The notes under the pieces: model-generated
The model's database searches: none
What the model was told of the DNA's origin: nothing
The model's input: only the letters and a program-made list of their open reading frames with translations
DNA from: Pseudomonadota bacterium
GTDB lineage: Bacteria; Bdellovibrionota; FAC87; UBA2466
NCBI GenBank assembly: GCA_043718025.1
Contig: JAYSWN010000068.1
Coordinates: forward strand, 32,001-96,000
Direction of reading: 5' to 3'
DNA: 64,000 nucleotides
Shown: positions 61,356 through 64,000 of the stretch, one piece after another
How the letters are laid out: every line of letters starts with the position of its first letter
Position numbering within the stretch: position 1 is the first letter of the stretch
Translations under genes and position numbers: made by a program

Positions 61356-62036
61356 TTAATTCTTTTCAACCTGCACGAAATCGAGCTCGACCGGAGTAGA
61401 ACGTCCGAAAATGCTGACCATCACGCGCAGTTTGCCTTTATCAGGCTTAACTTCTTCCACGACACCATTAAAGTTGACGAACGGCCCATCGATAACACGG
61501 ACGCTTTCGCCTTCCTCAAATTGAACCTTGGGACGGGGTTTTAATGTGCCCTGCGTCATTTGGTTCGTGATGCGGGCAACCTCTTCTTCCGGCACCGGAG
61601 GAGGGGTTAATGCATTTCCCACAAATCCAGTGATTTTGGGAGTGCTTTTCACCAAATGCCAGGTGTTGTCGTTCAAAATCATCTTCACCAGCATGTAGCC
61701 GGGAAAAAATTTGCGGCTGGTGGTCTTCTTTTCACCGCGAACCAACTCAATTACGTTCTCTGATGGTATTAGCACTTCAGCGAAGAACTTTTCGGCCTTC
61801 TGCTGTTTGACTCGCTCTTTTAGCGCTAACCGAGCCTTTTGCTCAAAACCGCTATAGGTATGGACAACGTACCAACGAACGCTCTCATCATTGCCCGCGG
61901 TGCCGATAGTCTGCACTTCGGCGGAAGGCGATGTCGCGATCGTTACCTCGGCCGCCGCTGGAGTCTCTTTGGCGGTTGAGATTTGATCGTCAGGTTTGCC
62001 CGACTCTGGATTCTGATTGTTTTCTTGGGTACTCAC
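61356..62036 (-). CDS. nusG: Transcription termination/antitermination factor NusG
   Basis: [19 protein letters not shown] motif [22 protein letters not shown] before GTG 62036. Confidence 0.97.
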   Translation of the reverse strand: MSTQENNQNPESGKPDDQISTAKETPAAAEVTIATSPSAEVQTIGTAGNDESVRWYVVHTYSGFEQKARLALKERVKQQKAEKFFAEVLIPSENVIELVRGEKKTTSRKFFPGYMLVKMILNDNTWHLVKSTPKITGFVGNALTPPPVPEEEVARITNQMTQGTLKPRPKVQFEEGESVRVIDGPFVNFNGVVEEVKPDKGKLRVMVSIFGRSTPVELDFVQVEKN

Positions 62037-62080
62037 CAAACTGTTCCTTAACCTTCGGTCCTTAAATAAATCAGACTCGC

Positions 62081-62455
62081 TTACGTGTTTAAGAGATAAC
62101 CAATGACTTGCCCCCACAGGAGGTCAAATCCGGCGAGAATAAAGCTGGCGATCAAAATGCAAATGAGCACCACCGTAGTGGATTTCATTACGTCATCTTT
62201 ACTTGGCCAGGTCACCTTTCTCAATTCACTGACGACCTCATCCATGACCGTATTGGCCCTGGGGTGTCGAAGCAAAATCGTAAAGAGGGCAATTCCCAAG
62301 ACTACGGGAAGCATTTCCCTCAGCACGCCTACGGCGGCATAACGGCGGATGGCGTAGAACGTGTGGTACGTCCACTCGATGAACGAGCGGGATAAGAACC
62401 ATAGCACCGCGCTACAGACCATATAGAAGGCCAAGATGAGTTTTCTATTGTCCAT
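62081..62455 (-). CDS. secE: Preprotein translocase subunit SecE
   Basis: ELRKVTWP motif, 3 TM helices, upstream of nusG. Confidence 0.95.
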   Translation of the reverse strand: MDNRKLILAFYMVCSAVLWFLSRSFIEWTYHTFYAIRRYAAVGVLREMLPVVLGIALFTILLRHPRANTVMDEVVSELRKVTWPSKDDVMKSTTVVLICILIASFILAGFDLLWGQVIGYLLNT

Positions 62456-62583
62456 GATTGCGGGGTACTCTGCCCCAGAGTGTTAATTAATTCAAGAAAA
62501 TGAATGATTAAATGAGTTCCGGTTAGGATTTTTTTTGAAGTCGCAACCAAGGGCAGTTACCCTCGGGTTTTGCGGGGTTAAAC

Positions 62584-63411
62584 TTGTCATCAAAGATCAT
62601 TCTCCAAGTCCGGAAACTAGCAGCCTCTGCCGGAGAGGTCGCCTACCTTTCTTTGAACCGTCCCGATGTCTCCAACGCATTGGATGGAGAAATGATCCGC
62701 GAGATGGGGCAAGCTATTAAAACTATAAAAGAAATGGGCTTAAGGTGCCGCCTTTTGGTGCTACGTGGGGTGGGCAAAAATTTTTGCGCCGGCGCCGATC
62801 TGGAGTGGATGCGACAGTCTAAATCGTTAGGTTTGGAGCAAAACCGCAAGGAGGCCTCAGAGCTTTCCGCTCTATTTCGAAGTCTTTACGACTTGGAAAC
62901 GCCCACATTGGCGTTGGTTCAGGGGGCGGCCTACGGTGGGGCGGTGGGCCTAGCGGCTTGCTGCGATATCGTTTTGGCGACTGAAAACAGTAAGTTTTGT
63001 CTAAGCGAAGTGAAAGTGGGCTTGGTTGCGGCGGTGATCTTGCCATTTCTCCACCTTAAGATTCACCCCGGTCACTTGCATCGCTTTGTTTTAGGAGCCA
63101 CCGTTTTTGGGGGGGAGGACGCTCGGCACGCTGGTCTGGTGGCCCGAGTGGTGGACGAAGACAAGCAGGACGAAGCGCTCTTGCACGAAATCAATTCGAT
63201 CTTGGCCGGAGAGCCAAACGTACAACGAGCGTTTAAGAAAAACCACCGTCTGCTATTGGAGCGAGACTCGGCCTGGTGGCAAGCGCAGTGTGAAATTGGG
63301 GTGGAGACGATTGCCGCGGCAAGAATCTCACCCACCGGACAAGAAGGCATTTCCGCCTTTTTTGAAAAGCGCAAACCCAATTGGGCCGCCAAAGTTGAGG
63401 AGATCGGATGA
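62584..63411 (+). CDS. Enoyl-CoA hydratase, methylglutaconyl-CoA hydratase (LiuC/AtuE)-like
   Basis: [49 protein letters not shown]. Confidence 0.88.
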   Translation: MSSKIILQVRKLAASAGEVAYLSLNRPDVSNALDGEMIREMGQAIKTIKEMGLRCRLLVLRGVGKNFCAGADLEWMRQSKSLGLEQNRKEASELSALFRSLYDLETPTLALVQGAAYGGAVGLAACCDIVLATENSKFCLSEVKVGLVAAVILPFLHLKIHPGHLHRFVLGATVFGGEDARHAGLVARVVDEDKQDEALLHEINSILAGEPNVQRAFKKNHRLLLERDSAWWQAQCEIGVETIAAARISPTGQEGISAFFEKRKPNWAAKVEEIG

Positions 63412-64000
63412 GCAGCAAAGACTCGGCAAAGGAAATTAAGGAGACCGACCCCCGCATTCTTAATCGTCAGGCCATGGACACGTTACTGGCCCGTCTTGAT
63501 GGGGCCCTTCAGTTGGCGAATTTGGGCGGAGGAGAAAAATATAACGACCGCCATGTGAAGCGCGGAAAGCTATTGCCGCGCGAACGGATCGATCGACTCC
63601 TGGATCCCGGCTCATACTTTTTGGAGTTGATGCCGCTCGCGGGCCATGAAATGGCGGGCGAGCTGACCGGTGCTGGCGTTATTGGTGGCGTCGGTCTGGT
63701 GGCCGGATCACCGTGGCTTATCGTCGCCAACGAATGCACCGTGAAAGCCGGAGCCATTAGCCGCGTGGGCGTGCAGAAGCTGTCACGCTTAGCCGTCGTG
63801 GCGATGGAGAATCATTTGCCGGTTATGTATTTAGTAGAGTCGGCCGGTTTGGAATTGCCGACGCAGGGAGAAACTTTTGTGCCGACCGGACGAGAGTTTC
63901 GGGATTTGGCGCGGCGGTCAAAAATGCGTTTACCGACGGTGGCGGTGGTGTTTGGGACGTCGACGGCCGGAGGGGCATACCTTCCGGGAATGTCCGACTA
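63408..64000 (+). CDS. Acyl-CoA carboxylase carboxyltransferase subunit (MccB/AtuC-like), truncated by window end
   Basis: Own translation from ATG 63408: [51 protein letters not shown]. Confidence 0.9.
   Translation, partial: MSSKDSAKEIKETDPRILNRQAMDTLLARLDGALQLANLGGGEKYNDRHVKRGKLLPRERIDRLLDPGSYFLELMPLAGHEMAGELTGAGVIGGVGLVAGSPWLIVANECTVKAGAISRVGVQKLSRLAVVAMENHLPVMYLVESAGLELPTQGETFVPTGREFRDLARRSKMRLPTVAVVFGTSTAGGAYLPGMSD

Noticed and set aside
1..64000. Prophage, IS element, integron or defence island
   Set aside because: No integrase, transposase, phage structural or recognisable defence genes, and no terminal repeats, were seen.

Overview
A 64 kb chromosomal window from a Gram-negative bacterium. 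The RpoB/RpoC sequences, pilMNOPQ, Flp/Tad pilins and many orphan exported proteins suggest a Bdellovibrionota or deltaproteobacterial lineage (inference, not a search result). The right two-thirds is mostly housekeeping: dnaJ-type chaperone, greB, hemW, ssb, pilMNOPQ, 6S RNA, speD-like gene, a small Tad pilin cluster, clpB-degP-mtnP-pfkB, an ABC exporter pair, epmA, an RluA-family gene, a fused selD, secE-nusG-rplKAJL-rpoBC and the start of an acyl-CoA catabolic operon. The most unusual part is 1-12.2 kb, a tightly packed cluster. It holds a FadB-like crotonase with a decayed dehydrogenase half and an 1192-aa in-frame fusion of a fatty acyl-AMP ligase to a membrane/PAS/histidine-kinase sensor, preceded by a sigma28-like promoter. 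These are followed by a REC-HK-REC hybrid, an Sfp-type PPTase, a REC-adenylate cyclase and a split membrane spermidine-synthase-like pair, with a convergent Cys/His membrane protein at the end. This looks like a candidate system that makes, senses and transduces a lipid signal. Two unannotated non-coding elements also stand out: a sigma54/IHF-driven A-rich sRNA candidate with repeated UAGA motifs (about 17567-17774) and a 55-nt tRNA(Ser/Sec)-like minihelix ending in GCCA (23871-23925, minus strand). No CRISPR array, rRNA, canonical tRNA or mobile element was seen. All calls come from motif recognition by eye; no searches were run.
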